A stretch of DNA of 42,103 nt from a virus (lineage: Duplodnaviria > Heunggongvirae > Uroviricota > Caudoviricetes): positions 1 to 42,103 of the IMG/VR virus record IMGVR_UViG_2675903468_000011; one strand, written 5' to 3'. The notes beneath the pieces were generated by a model. It ran no database searches, was not told the DNA's origin, and saw only the letters and a program-made list of their open reading frames with translations. A program made the translations under genes and the position numbers. Shown piece after piece: positions 19,294-28,996 of this stretch. Every line of letters starts with the position of its first letter. Positions within the stretch are counted from its first letter, which is position 1.

Positions 19294-20611
19294 TCTCGAT
19301 GTCCTCGTCGGTAATGGATGCCCCGATGCCGGTTACGTCAGAATTTTCGCGCAAATCAGTCATAGCGGCTTTCAGTGTCATCAGACCATCACCCAGCGCT
19401 GTACTGATTGCGTTGGTGGTATTTAACGCCACCGTTGAACGATCGACATCAGACATTTGCCAGAGCGGGTTAAACTCAAACGTGAAATCATCCGGGAGCG
19501 GCTTGCCAAGTTCCGAACGATGCATGATGTCCAGTATCCGCCGCACCGGAAGACGTAAACGCCTCTCCTGCAACGAGCTTACCCGGTCGTAATAGTTGGC
19601 AAGGTCTGCATCGCCGGTAGAAAATCCCTTCGGGGACTGTCCGAACAACCGCACCAGTGGGATACCAACAGCGCCACTAATCTGTTCTGCAAACTGTGAA
19701 AGGATGTCATCCAGACCACTGAAGCTGTACTGATGGGTTTCAAACTTATCCCGCGAGTCCATGAGCGTCATGCCTTCATTGCTCTGGAACTGTCGAATCA
19801 GGTCGATATTCTTCAGCAACGCTTCATACGCAGGACCACCAAGTGCGATAAGCTCACGTAGCTTCTCCACGCTGTAGGTACGCAGATGCGCCTTGTAGAC
19901 CAGCTGCGCCGCACCGACAGTAGCGCTGTCGAACGCGGTAAGACGATCCCAGATACGCTCTACAACCGACATTCCCCATTCGTTCTCGGTCATCTTCTGC
20001 TGAAATGGCAGCGTGACGCCATCAAAGCGAATCAGGCGACTGTGATGAATGCGCCAGGCAGGAATTCCCGTTGCTGTGGTCACCACATCGTAAAACTCAG
20101 GTTTACCCAAGTCCGGCCCCATATCTTTAATGCGGCGGGTCAGTACCGGGTCAATCATCCAGCGGTCGAGCGGGAGAATCCCCTTAAACTTGCCCTTACC
20201 GATGGTTTCGGGTCGCAGCGGGGTCATTGGTGCCTGCCCCTCAATCATGATGAAACCCACCGCGCCGCCGTAGAGGCGCGACCATTTCAGCACGTCATTC
20301 AGCGCATCCCAGATTTGCAACTCATCCAGTTGTGATTCGAGAATGCCACGATCTTTTGCATCAATTTCCGAAGTGATGCGAATGCCTTTGCGGGTCATAT
20401 CATCCGGGATAGCATCGACTGCTTCGCCGATGATCCAGGATGAACGATAGGACCATTCCACCAGCATGCGGTTACGACTGGTGAAATTAGCCCGGTAGGT
20501 GGATGCTGAGTGCTGGTTAGGTGTCTGCATCCCTACGCGGGCGATAAAATTCTCATAACCATCAGCTGTGGCCTGCGCAGTTCGCCGCAGGGCTTGTTTG
20601 TTTCGTGCCAT
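19145..20611 (-). CDS. Portal protein
   Basis: 488 aa ORF immediately downstream of large terminase, overlapping its stop; acidic C-terminus. Confidence 0.6.
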   Translation of the reverse strand: MARNKQALRRTAQATADGYENFIARVGMQTPNQHSASTYRANFTSRNRMLVEWSYRSSWIIGEAVDAIPDDMTRKGIRITSEIDAKDRGILESQLDELQIWDALNDVLKWSRLYGGAVGFIMIEGQAPMTPLRPETIGKGKFKGILPLDRWMIDPVLTRRIKDMGPDLGKPEFYDVVTTATGIPAWRIHHSRLIRFDGVTLPFQQKMTENEWGMSVVERIWDRLTAFDSATVGAAQLVYKAHLRTYSVEKLRELIALGGPAYEALLKNIDLIRQFQSNEGMTLMDSRDKFETHQYSFSGLDDILSQFAEQISGAVGIPLVRLFGQSPKGFSTGDADLANYYDRVSSLQERRLRLPVRRILDIMHRSELGKPLPDDFTFEFNPLWQMSDVDRSTVALNTTNAISTALGDGLMTLKAAMTDLRENSDVTGIGASITDEDIENAEDEAPPGIGEPDDEPQEPSGGNPLSNQPTQDSAGGRRHRKWSLRWFK

Positions 20612-22233
20612 CAGGCCTGTCTCCCTAGCAACTCCCAGATGTTCAGGGCTGAATTCATTGGGGCATAGTTGATCATCACCGAGTCGGCAAGATTTGGCGA
20701 CCGGGTCCCATCAGGCTGTTTATCAATAACGATTTTTCCCACACCATTAATGGAATAGGTCGGCTGCGAAAGCTCGATGATGAGTTTATCTTTGAGTGCC
20801 ATGCTACTGCTGATTGAGATGATCTCGTCCGGGTTGTAAGCCATACCTTCAACCACGGCGCGCCAGGTATTCTGAAAAAGTTTACGTAACCGCCACCAGC
20901 TCTGGGCTTTGGCGTTAGCGAAGAAGTCCTTGTTCAGACGTGCGGCTTGCCCGTTGTCCCCGCGAACAGCTTCATCATCCGGATCAAATACCGCGCCACT
21001 ACCTCGAAACGGTGTGGCGAGTATTGACGGTCGACGCGCAGCGTTACGCAGTTCGTTGATAGCGCGCGCATCGCCGCGAACGCCAGCGCCCAGCCCGTCC
21101 TCGTCAAAGCGAAACTCGTCGAGGTTGTCCTGTTCGCAAAAACCGAAAACCTTCTCAACTGACTGATAAATGTCGCTGCCCACACCGGACCATTCCCGCA
21201 CATTTTCCAGGAGGAAGCCATGACGGGTGGAAAAGGCATTTTTGTCCCTGCCTTCGTCGGCGACATCCATCGCGCCAAGTCGTTTGCCTGTTGGCTGGAT
21301 ACCCAGTTTGATATGTGCATCAACGGCAGCCTGTACCCATTCGGATGGAATCAGGACGCCTTCCGCTGATGCGCTGTAGTTCAGATCAAGTTCCTGTGCC
21401 ACCACCACCGGATTATCGATTTTCTCGCATTCCCTGCGATACCACTCTTCATCCTTGCGAGGATCATCCCGCCAGTGGAATGTGAATACCGGTATCTTCC
21501 CGCCATGACGCTTCTGAGCGAACGGGTTAGCCATGCCGTTAACTGAACTCAGGTCGATACGGCAACGCGTCGTTTGTGACAACGCCGCATCAATCAGCAG
21601 AGGACGCTGAAGGAATGCAGCCTCATCAACCAGATAAAGCGTGGTACGGTCACCACGACCAATATTATCGCCAGCCTCGCCTTTGATAACGGCACCAGTT
21701 TCAGGAAACTCAACACGCATATATGGCGCGTGCTTCTTCTCGCTCCACGAACCGCGAAACTCTACAGGTAGCGTTTCCACGAACTTGCGCGCCTTCCAGA
21801 ACAATGCTTTCGGGTCACCAGTGCTGTCGACGTATTCCTCTTTACGGGAGCCGAAACCGATAACCATTTCTTTGTTGAAGAGACAAAGCGAGCAGGCCAG
21901 TCCGATCGCGGTCCAACTGAGCCCCATTTCACGGGATTTTTCGGTAATACCATTCTCCCGATTGCTCCAGCGTTCCATAATCCAGTGGATCCACTCCTCC
22001 TGCTTAGGGAAGAGTAAAAACGGAATGGTCACCGGCAGGCCATAATCAATATTACGCGGGTCCGTTGTCATGCCCCAGTCGATGATGAACTGAGCCGGAT
22101 TAGTTCGGTAAAACTGTTTTAGTGCAGGCAATATTTCAGGATTCTGGCGAATGCGCTGTAGGCGTTCCATCCGCCATTCAAAAACCATCTGGTAATCAGG
22201 ATGTTTAAAATCGAAGGGGAATGGTAACGGCAT
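20611..22233 (-). CDS. Terminase large subunit
   Basis: 540 aa; N-terminal ATPase region and C-terminal nuclease-like region; follows small terminase gene. Confidence 0.85.
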   Translation of the reverse strand: MPLPFPFDFKHPDYQMVFEWRMERLQRIRQNPEILPALKQFYRTNPAQFIIDWGMTTDPRNIDYGLPVTIPFLLFPKQEEWIHWIMERWSNRENGITEKSREMGLSWTAIGLACSLCLFNKEMVIGFGSRKEEYVDSTGDPKALFWKARKFVETLPVEFRGSWSEKKHAPYMRVEFPETGAVIKGEAGDNIGRGDRTTLYLVDEAAFLQRPLLIDAALSQTTRCRIDLSSVNGMANPFAQKRHGGKIPVFTFHWRDDPRKDEEWYRRECEKIDNPVVVAQELDLNYSASAEGVLIPSEWVQAAVDAHIKLGIQPTGKRLGAMDVADEGRDKNAFSTRHGFLLENVREWSGVGSDIYQSVEKVFGFCEQDNLDEFRFDEDGLGAGVRGDARAINELRNAARRPSILATPFRGSGAVFDPDDEAVRGDNGQAARLNKDFFANAKAQSWWRLRKLFQNTWRAVVEGMAYNPDEIISISSSMALKDKLIIELSQPTYSINGVGKIVIDKQPDGTRSPNLADSVMINYAPMNSALNIWELLGRQA

Positions 22234-22235
22234 AC

Positions 22236-22808
22236 TTAGCCCATTATTTTTCTATACGCCTCTGCAGCCTGCTCCGGCGTTAAGTTGGTAATTTCTGTTC
22301 TGACTGGTCCTCCATCAGCGCCAGTCACTTCATTTTTGACGTTGTCTTTAAACGCCTGAACAGAAACATGACGCCCAAGCAACTCAAGGTTTTTAACCTT
22401 ATCAGGCCACTTAATCTTTTTAAGGATCCCGACCATTTCTCTGTCATCTCCTCGCCCCTCAAACATTTCAGCGAGGTTAAATCCACTCAGGTACCGACGC
22501 CACGATTCCGGCCACGCAGACAGAGGCTTAATACTTAAATCGTCCTCCAGGATGTCAGCCACATCGAGCCTGTCGATCTCAACCAGTCGCATCAGCACAT
22601 AATTCGCATCAATGCCCAGTTGATCAATACGCTCCTGCTTTAGCTCGTTGATGCGGGCGCGTATCTCAGGTTTACCGTATAGTTCAGCCCCCGTAACATG
22701 TGCTCGCCTGGAGGCGTAGCCTGCGCGAATAGCTGCTTGTGTAGCATTAAGATCGACAAGAAACTCGCGACAAAACACCTCGTGTTTTGCTTTCAGCTTC
22801 TTAGTCAT
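22236..22808 (-). CDS. Terminase small subunit
   Basis: 190 aa; N-terminal motif [33 protein letters not shown] typical of small terminase DNA-binding domains. Confidence 0.75.
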   Translation of the reverse strand: MTKKLKAKHEVFCREFLVDLNATQAAIRAGYASRRAHVTGAELYGKPEIRARINELKQERIDQLGIDANYVLMRLVEIDRLDVADILEDDLSIKPLSAWPESWRRYLSGFNLAEMFEGRGDDREMVGILKKIKWPDKVKNLELLGRHVSVQAFKDNVKNEVTGADGGPVRTEITNLTPEQAAEAYRKIMG

Positions 22809-22869
22809 TTTATTTTCCAGTTATCAGGTCATTATCGAAGCCCCTCCAAGAAGAGCTTCTGTAATGCTA

Positions 22870-23394
22870 TTACCGGGATTGTTCTATTTGTCGGACACCA
22901 GCCAACTGGTTATTCGCCTTCTCGATGGCTGCCAACAATGGGTTAATCCACAGAACAGCCTGGCAATATGTCAACGTTCTGGTGGTAGTGGCACGATCAC
23001 CGGCTGGGTCAATGTACCCGGAATCGGCGTGCACTGAGCTGGCGCGTAAACGGTTCGCGTAGTTGAGCAACCCGACAGCAATATCAGCAGGAACAGGGAA
23101 ATCACAGTTCTTTTCACGGAGCAGAACCTCACGGTATTTGATGACTGTCTTCTCGTGACCGATGTCGACCAGAGAATTTAATCGGCTTGCGTTTTCTGCT
23201 ATCTGGTTAAAACGATTGAAGTTGAATGCCTGATTAGCTATCACTTTCCCTTGATATTCAGCTTCACCTTCCGCTTTATCAGCCCGCAACTTTTCTGCCT
23301 GATACTTGCTATGGTAATGGTTTGCAAGCCAGACGAGCGCCCCAAAGGCAGTGAAGAAAAATGCCGCGATGACAATCTTATAAGTCAGCTTCAT
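22870..23394 (-). CDS. i-spanin (Rz-like)
   Basis: 174 aa; N-terminal TM helix (IVIAAFFFTAFGALVWL) then coiled coil; downstream of endolysin; contains embedded Rz1 in the +1 frame. Confidence 0.6.
   Translation of the reverse strand: MKLTYKIVIAAFFFTAFGALVWLANHYHSKYQAEKLRADKAEGEAEYQGKVIANQAFNFNRFNQIAENASRLNSLVDIGHEKTVIKYREVLLREKNCDFPVPADIAVGLLNYANRLRASSVHADSGYIDPAGDRATTTRTLTYCQAVLWINPLLAAIEKANNQLAGVRQIEQSR
22971..23117 (-). CDS. o-spanin (Rz1-like lipoprotein) embedded in Rz
   Basis: 48-codon ORF (GTG start) in +1 frame inside Rz: MKRTVISLFLLILLSGCSTTRTVYAPAQCTPIPGTLTQPVIVPLPPER; lipobox LSGC, proline-rich mature region. Below the 60-aa track threshold. Confidence 0.6.
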   Translation of the reverse strand: MKRTVISLFLLILLSGCSTTRTVYAPAQCTPIPGTLTQPVIVPLPPER

Positions 23395-23854
23395 TTACCA
23401 CCCCACCAGCATCTTTAAACCTGGAAATCAGGTCACCGATTTTATGTTCATACTGACCGTAACCTGCACCAGGTAACGACGCCCAGATATTGCTGCAACG
23501 GTCGATTGCCTGACGAATATCGCCGCGGTCAATCATCGGTAAAGCGCCACGCTCTTTAATCTGCTGCAGCGCCACAGAGTCCTGACTTTCTGGCGAAAAA
23601 TCTTTCAGGCCAAGCTGCTTGCGGTAGGCATCCCACCAACGGGAAAGAATCTGGTAACGTCCGGCGGCTGTTGATTTGAGTTTAGAGTTTAGCGTGACAA
23701 GTTTGCGAGGGTGATCGGAGTAATCAGTGAACAGTTCGCCACCAACAATAACATCATAACCGTGGTTACGTGTCGGTTGTCGCCCGTTATCCGTTCCTTC
23801 TGACCATGCCACCATATCAAGGAAAGCTTTACGCTGGGGATTTAGTACCTGCAT
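23378..23854 (-). CDS. Endolysin, lambda R-type lytic transglycosylase
   Basis: 158 aa; near-identity by recollection to lambda R (NPQRKAFLDMVAWSEGTDNGRQPTRNHGYDVIVGGELFTDYSDHPRKLV...). Confidence 0.9.
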   Translation of the reverse strand: MQVLNPQRKAFLDMVAWSEGTDNGRQPTRNHGYDVIVGGELFTDYSDHPRKLVTLNSKLKSTAAGRYQILSRWWDAYRKQLGLKDFSPESQDSVALQQIKERGALPMIDRGDIRQAIDRCSNIWASLPGAGYGQYEHKIGDLISRFKDAGGVVNEADL

Positions 23855-23857
23855 AAA

Positions 23858-24199
23858 TTACTCCTTCGAGCTACCAAATTTGTTACCGATTACTCGCATT
23901 GCAGCCCCACGAATAGCATCGACACCGATCAGCCCCACGCCACCACCAATGGCAACAGAAAGCGATTTAGGCCATCCGACATACTCAAGAGCGGATGCAA
24001 AGGTCAGCGTCAGTGCGCCGCAGAGCAAAATCTCAAGCGTTTTTCGTTTCCAGCCGCCGCCACCGCCAAAATAGGCAATGCGCAAACCAGCCATAACAAT
24101 CGACATAACCACTGCGCCCAACGGCGTATCTCCACGCCACCAACTTTGTAAGAGTTCCAGTAAGTCAGGCCAGGAATGAGGAGCATTGTGCATTTTCAT
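23858..24199 (-). CDS. Holin (class I, lambda S-like) with dual-start motif
   Basis: GGAGGTG Shine-Dalgarno upstream of ATG-AAA-ATG (Met-Lys-Met dual start); three hydrophobic segments; directly upstream of endolysin. The track start at 24217 is probably too long. Confidence 0.75.
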   Translation of the reverse strand: MKMHNAPHSWPDLLELLQSWWRGDTPLGAVVMSIVMAGLRIAYFGGGGGWKRKTLEILLCGALTLTFASALEYVGWPKSLSVAIGGGVGLIGVDAIRGAAMRVIGNKFGSSKE

Positions 24200-24473
24200 A
24201 CTTCCCACCTCCGCCATTACGGGGTGTTGTTGAAAGGCGGGCCCTGCGTATACGCCCGTAGGATTGGGTTATGAGCCGTCCTTCGGTGGGCCCTGAATAC
24301 AAAAAAAAGTTCGCCATAGCGAACCTTGTTAAATTTGTTAAAAAAGAAGGTTATTTAACATAATGTACGTTATAGGAACCACACGATCACCGCTCGCAAT
24401 AGATTTGCGATGAAAGGCCTATTTAATCAACTTAAGTGGTCCAGAATGGCGAAATTCGAGTGAATAAAAGGTG

Positions 24474-24521
24474 CATAAAAAAGGGCAAAAACTGCATAGC
24501 GTTTTTTCGCAGCGAAAGCCC
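24474..24521 (-). terminator. Candidate late-leader terminator (tR'-like)
   Basis: Nested hairpin GGGC..CTGC..GCAG..GCCC followed on the minus strand by TTTTTTAT, about 270 bp upstream of the holin. Confidence 0.4.
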
Positions 24522-24645
24522 TGTTTTATTAACTTTTCCTCAGAATGGGGCAATAAAAAAGGCCCCCTTGCGGAAGCCTCTTCGTGATGAACTGTTTTCA
24601 ACAGATATCAGGCTAATCGGCTTTTTGGAATTCCACAACTATTTT

Positions 24646-24987
24646 TTATCTTACCTTGATGCCTGATGCCGTCAGATGTTTACGACAGTCCTGAATACCT
24701 TCGTTATAACCCGCATCGTAGAAGCTATCCGGCTTTGCCTTCAGCGCAGGAAGCGTAACGCTGGTAGCTCTTCGTTCGGCCAGAACACCTGCCTGAAAGA
24801 GTGTCCACATCAACTGAACTGCTGAATCACAGTAAGTAACATCTTCACTGTACAATTCTCGTTCAATCCTGATGCCAAGTTGAGCCTTCATTGATGCGCC
24901 AATATTACCTTTGACCTGCAACGACAGGTCTGGGTACCTCTGTTCCATGAAACTTTCAAATCTGTTGCGAACGCTGATCAGAGCCAT
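24646..24987 (-). CDS. Hypothetical protein between Q and the lysis genes
   Basis: 113 aa ORF; no recognised domain; sits in the Q-to-S interval. Confidence 0.45.
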   Translation of the reverse strand: MALISVRNRFESFMEQRYPDLSLQVKGNIGASMKAQLGIRIERELYSEDVTYCDSAVQLMWTLFQAGVLAERRATSVTLPALKAKPDSFYDAGYNEGIQDCRKHLTASGIKVR

Positions 24988-25018
24988 CTAGTTCCCTTAC
25001 GTGATTGATTGCTGGATA

Positions 25019-25441
25019 TTATGCCGCCGAGCAGCTCCTACGCAAAGTCCTGATAGCCTGAGGCTTTGACTGAACCGACTGATCCATTTCGAGCACCACA
25101 TCCAGCATGGCTAAGCAACCGTCAATAAATCCCTCTGCCGCCTGAAGCCTCTTCAGAACGTGGGTGTGAGATACGCCGAGCTTCTCACCCATCGCCCGCA
25201 CGGGCATGGCCTGGACGTAATGCCACTCAAGGAGCGTGCACAGATACGGATCTTTTTTCTTCAGGCAGCTCATAGCGGAGCTGATGATAAGACCGTCATT
25301 GTCACTGCATTTCAGCCTTCCAGACTGCGTCGCGGGTAGCAGATTCTTAAACCCGGCTGCAACAGGAGGAAAGTAGACGCTACCACCTTCACTCGCTGCC
25401 CAGCCTCCCCAGCGCTCTAAAACCTGTTGAATATTACGCAT
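25019..25441 (-). CDS. Late-gene antiterminator Q-like protein
   Basis: 140 aa; N-terminus MRNIQQVLERWGGWAA... and Cys-containing central region resemble the phage antitermination Q family; position upstream of lysis genes. Confidence 0.65.
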   Translation of the reverse strand: MRNIQQVLERWGGWAASEGGSVYFPPVAAGFKNLLPATQSGRLKCSDNDGLIISSAMSCLKKKDPYLCTLLEWHYVQAMPVRAMGEKLGVSHTHVLKRLQAAEGFIDGCLAMLDVVLEMDQSVQSKPQAIRTLRRSCSAA

Positions 25442-25555
25442 AGCTCTGACCTCTACGTTTTGCTACGAAAAAATTTTCTGAGAACTACGTCTGTTTATCC
25501 GTGGGTGTGGATAACGCAGTTCCGATTCGCATATTGCATGTATCAACATGCAAAA

Positions 25556-25752
25556 AGTTGCTAATGCGGAGTGGAACCACCTGCCCCCACCTGGAACCAC
25601 CTTTTCCTAACCTTTCCCTCAATCGACTTATATATATATATGGGGTTTCTAGTAGAAAGGCGGTTCCAGTGGTTCCAGTGGTTCCGCCCCGCTTGCCACA
25701 AGGTCTGCAAGGTGGAACCACCTTCTCTTTTAGGTGGTTCCGCGTGGTTCCA
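25556..25752. repeat. Replication-origin-like iteron array (GGAACCAC / GTGGTTCC) flanking an AT-rich core
   Basis: About 9 copies of the 8-bp core in both orientations (e.g. 25563, 25584, 25659, 25668, 25703, 25723, 25733), with TATATATATATAT at 25620-25632; overlaps the 3' end of the primase gene. Confidence 0.6.
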
Positions 25753-27916
25753 GCGGTTCCCAAACCTTGCATTTTTTCCCCCCAATTCGCCTTTGGGCAC
25801 GCTTATACCCGCAATTTTGCAAAACATTACTAATTCGCATTTCTTCGCGTTTTCCGATGCGGTCAGGATTTAGCCCAATCGCATCACGCAAAACATCACT
25901 TGCGCGTAAAAATTCGCAATTTCGCGGAAGTTCATTAGTCATCAGGTCGGGCGTGTCGAGCCATTTCTCTACCGTTTCAAGCCAAGCATCCTTGATGGTG
26001 TACTGTTCATGGACACTCGCTGCCAGTTGTTCAGCCTCACGGAACTGGATACCCCCCAGACGCTGAAACACCTCACGAGCCTCAGCCCAAAGTAAAAGGA
26101 GATCTCTTTTTATCGCTTTCACGTCGACTTTCGACACTTCCACGGGGAGCCAGCGACGGTTACCAGTCTTGTCCGCAAGGAATTCGTCCTCATTGGTGGT
26201 ACCAACGAACACCAGGCGACGAGGAAACTGGGTGGCAAACTCCCGGTATTTCGGGATCCAGTTTTCGTGAGTACGCGTCACAAACGCTTTGATTGACTCC
26301 AGCTCTTTGGTATTAAGTCCGCGCAGTTCACCAATCTCTGCCACCAGCCGACCACGCATTTTTCGAGCGAGATCATCGTCTTTTTCGGCAAAAGAGATTT
26401 CAGTAAAAAACGCAGGATCAGGGCTCAGTGCCTCCACTCCGGAAGACTTACCGCAGCCCTGCGGACCAACGAGGATCGGCACCATATCCGCTTTGATGCC
26501 TGGCTCCAGTACTCGCCCCGCCAACGCGGTCCACATGTACATAGACACCGCACGGGTATAAGGCGTGTCGGCAGTACCGAAGTGCGTATGGTAGAAACAT
26601 TCGATGCGCGGCACGCCATCCCACTCCAGTCCGTTCAGCCAGGTGATCGCTGAATCGAATGGTTGTTCATCGGCTGCAAGTAACACCACATCGCGAATAA
26701 GTTCACGACCAACAGGTTTAAATCCCCGCTTTTCCATCGTGATGCGCAGGCGCGCATAATCCGCATCAGTAAACGCCTGCCACTGGCCGGAGCCCGCCGG
26801 GGCGAACATGATTTCGTCACGGAACTGGTCGAAGCGAATATCGATATCCACGAAGTCAGGACGCACAACGGCTTTGGCCGCGTTGCTGATGGTGGCCTCG
26901 ATGCGGCCCCACTTATCGCGCTCGAACGCCGGCAGCGGTAACGGCTCGGTCACTTCGGTGCTGGTAAGGTCTTCGAAATCGTCGTTGCGGATCCCGATGG
27001 CATTAAGGAAATCGCCGTCGTCGCGATGCGCACAACTGGCATGCAGGCATTTAAAATGCCCCTGCTCAAAGCCCGCGGTTCCCGCAGGAAAATAAACTGT
27101 GCTTGTTGGATCGCCCCCGCTACTGTGGCCGTCTTCAAACGGACAGCGGATATATCGTTCACCATTTGCGCCATCCAGCAGCGTCCAGCCATTGGCATCA
27201 AGATATTCAGCTGTATCATCCGTCGCGCCGGGCGTGAATGCTGATCGGTCGCGCATCTTCGTGTTGCCCGCTTCGGTGGTTACCGACACAGGGAGTTGTT
27301 CAGCCAGGCGCTGCCACAGCGTTTCAAGCTGCTCACCAGTAATAGCCGGAGGTTCATCCGGCAAACCGCCGTCCCATTCAATACGCGCGCCGCTGCTGTG
27401 CGTACCGCAGGCAACGAACTGCTGCCCGTTCGCCAGCAACTCGATAATGCCCATATCCCCCGCCAGGCGATGGATACGCTTACGGAAATCACCATCAACG
27501 GCCAGCAGATACAGACACTTATTACTGTTTGCTCGCCAGCGTCGCGGCGGCAACTCACCCAGAAGTTGCACAAGCGTTTTGCGAATATCTGCCTGAATGT
27601 CTTCATCTTCGCTATCACAGTCCAGCGCCAGCCAGCCATGGCCTGTACGCACGCAGATGCCATAATCCGGTTCATTCGACCAGCGGGCAAAATCATGCTC
27701 AGTAACAACATGCCCGGTCCATTGAGCAATACCGGTGACCTGGCGGTCCCGGTTATAGCGACTCGGCGTCTTACCCAACGCTTTCAGTTTACTATCAGGT
27801 GATATGGTCGCACCGGGGTTACATACAACTGGGAGAAGATGATCAGTTCTCCCCAATACCAGGTCGAAATGAAACCACTCATCAGGCGTAGCTCCCCATG
27901 GTTTGCTATCGGACAT
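25730..27916 (-). CDS. Primase/helicase, P4 alpha-like (prim-pol N-terminus plus P-loop NTPase)
   Basis: 728 aa; Walker A GPQGCGKSS; N-terminal acidic prim-pol-like region; adjacent to iteron origin. Confidence 0.75.
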   Translation of the reverse strand: MSDSKPWGATPDEWFHFDLVLGRTDHLLPVVCNPGATISPDSKLKALGKTPSRYNRDRQVTGIAQWTGHVVTEHDFARWSNEPDYGICVRTGHGWLALDCDSEDEDIQADIRKTLVQLLGELPPRRWRANSNKCLYLLAVDGDFRKRIHRLAGDMGIIELLANGQQFVACGTHSSGARIEWDGGLPDEPPAITGEQLETLWQRLAEQLPVSVTTEAGNTKMRDRSAFTPGATDDTAEYLDANGWTLLDGANGERYIRCPFEDGHSSGGDPTSTVYFPAGTAGFEQGHFKCLHASCAHRDDGDFLNAIGIRNDDFEDLTSTEVTEPLPLPAFERDKWGRIEATISNAAKAVVRPDFVDIDIRFDQFRDEIMFAPAGSGQWQAFTDADYARLRITMEKRGFKPVGRELIRDVVLLAADEQPFDSAITWLNGLEWDGVPRIECFYHTHFGTADTPYTRAVSMYMWTALAGRVLEPGIKADMVPILVGPQGCGKSSGVEALSPDPAFFTEISFAEKDDDLARKMRGRLVAEIGELRGLNTKELESIKAFVTRTHENWIPKYREFATQFPRRLVFVGTTNEDEFLADKTGNRRWLPVEVSKVDVKAIKRDLLLLWAEAREVFQRLGGIQFREAEQLAASVHEQYTIKDAWLETVEKWLDTPDLMTNELPRNCEFLRASDVLRDAIGLNPDRIGKREEMRISNVLQNCGYKRAQRRIGGKKCKVWEPLEPRGTT

Positions 27917-27919
27917 GGG

Positions 27920-28120
27920 TTACGCCTTTTGTCTAGCTGTCACTTCCTGAAAAAGCTTTTCTATCGCACGTACTGTAGAAAAGCGAGGGTCAGAATGAAC
28001 CCCGGTGAGAAGCCGACTAATAGAAGACTGCTTCACGCCTGCAATTTCGGCAATTTGGTTTTGGGTATACCCTGAATCAATCAAGCTTTTGACCATCTCT
28101 TGTGGTGTTAGTCCGGACAT
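27920..28120 (-). CDS. Cro-like HTH regulator
   Basis: 66 aa; helix-turn-helix TQNQIAEIAGVKQSSISRLL; divergent from the CI-like repressor gene; first gene of the minus-strand early operon. Confidence 0.6.
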   Translation of the reverse strand: MSGLTPQEMVKSLIDSGYTQNQIAEIAGVKQSSISRLLTGVHSDPRFSTVRAIEKLFQEVTARQKA

Positions 28121-28261
28121 ATTTAAGTCTCCACTTTCGTCTATAGCGCAAATTTATACGAAAACGGATTATTCAGCAATACAGCAATTCTATATCATCC
28201 TAGATTAAAATATCCGATAACGCATAATCACCGTCCCTGTATACAACATGGATGAATCCAA
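28121..28261. promoter_or_regulatory. Divergent cro/cI promoter-operator region
   Basis: 141-bp AT-rich spacer between divergent HTH regulator genes; motif ATAACGCATAAT recurs downstream of cI (about 29040 and 29061). Confidence 0.4.
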
Positions 28262-28936
28262 ATGATTGATACTACCGATATCCTTTCTCAAAACATCAAG
28301 TACCTGATGGACAAAGCCAAGATAAGCTCGATAACTGAGCTGGCACGTCGGTTACAGCTGAACCAACCAACGCTACACAGGCTGGTATCAGGAGAGGTGA
28401 AAGATCCGAAATACGTAACGTTAAAGCAGATCGCCGACTACTTCCACGTGTCACCAATAGACCTGGCAGAAAGGAGCCTTCAAGAAATGGAGAAAGAGGA
28501 CGCGACAGGTATAAAAACGTATATTTCTCTTAGGTTTAATAAAGTACCTGTTTTGGGAAACACTCAGCTAGGCGTTGGAGGACTTTGGAGCGACACCCAA
28601 TATTCAGTAGGTAGCAGTGATGGTTTCATATACTGGCCGACAAAGGATGAAGATGCATACGCCCTGAAATGTGTTGGTGATTCAATGATGCCTAGAATCA
28701 AAGAGGGTGAGTTCGTAATCGTCGAACCCAACCACGACTACACTCCTGGTGATGAAGTACTTGTGGTTACCCGGGACGGTGAGGTCATGGTTAAAACCTT
28801 CTTGTTCGAACGCGATGGCCTGTTCCATCTAATGTCTGTAAATGAAGATCATCCACCAGTCAGAGTACCACGCGAAAACATTGAAAAAATCCATTACGTG
28901 GCGGGGATCGCCAAATCCGCGCTACGCATGTACTAA
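28262..28936 (+). CDS. CI-like repressor (HTH plus S24 LexA-type autopeptidase domain)
   Basis: 224 aa; N-terminal HTH (ITELARRLQLNQPTLHRLVSG); C-terminal S24 motifs GDSMMP (Ser nucleophile) and downstream Lys (EVMVKTF). Confidence 0.85.
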   Translation: MIDTTDILSQNIKYLMDKAKISSITELARRLQLNQPTLHRLVSGEVKDPKYVTLKQIADYFHVSPIDLAERSLQEMEKEDATGIKTYISLRFNKVPVLGNTQLGVGGLWSDTQYSVGSSDGFIYWPTKDEDAYALKCVGDSMMPRIKEGEFVIVEPNHDYTPGDEVLVVTRDGEVMVKTFLFERDGLFHLMSVNEDHPPVRVPRENIEKIHYVAGIAKSALRMY

Positions 28937-28965
28937 CCTTTACAGACTGATAACTTACTTCTGAT

Positions 28966-28996
28966 CAAACCGCTCTCCACAAGGGCGGTTTTCTTA
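28966..28996 (+). terminator. Rho-independent terminator after cI
   Basis: ACCGCTC..GGGCGGT hairpin followed by TTTTCTTATTT. Confidence 0.55.

Noticed and set aside
24220-24645. tRNA gene upstream of the lysis cassette (as in Stx phages)
   Set aside because: No convincing T-loop (GGTTCGAATCC-like) or acceptor-stem complementarity found by eye; the hairpins look like terminator or leader structures. A tRNAscan run would be definitive.
25556-25752. Possible CRISPR array
   Set aside because: The repeats are only 8 bp, occur in both orientations and lack regularly sized unique spacers; this is iteron architecture, not CRISPR.
25485-25873. Four overlapping 88-110 aa ORFs on both strands in the Q-primase spacer
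   Set aside because: The region is made of short GGAACCAC iterons and an AT-rich core. The ORFs are repeat-driven artefacts with no ribosome-binding sites; origin function explains the sequence better.
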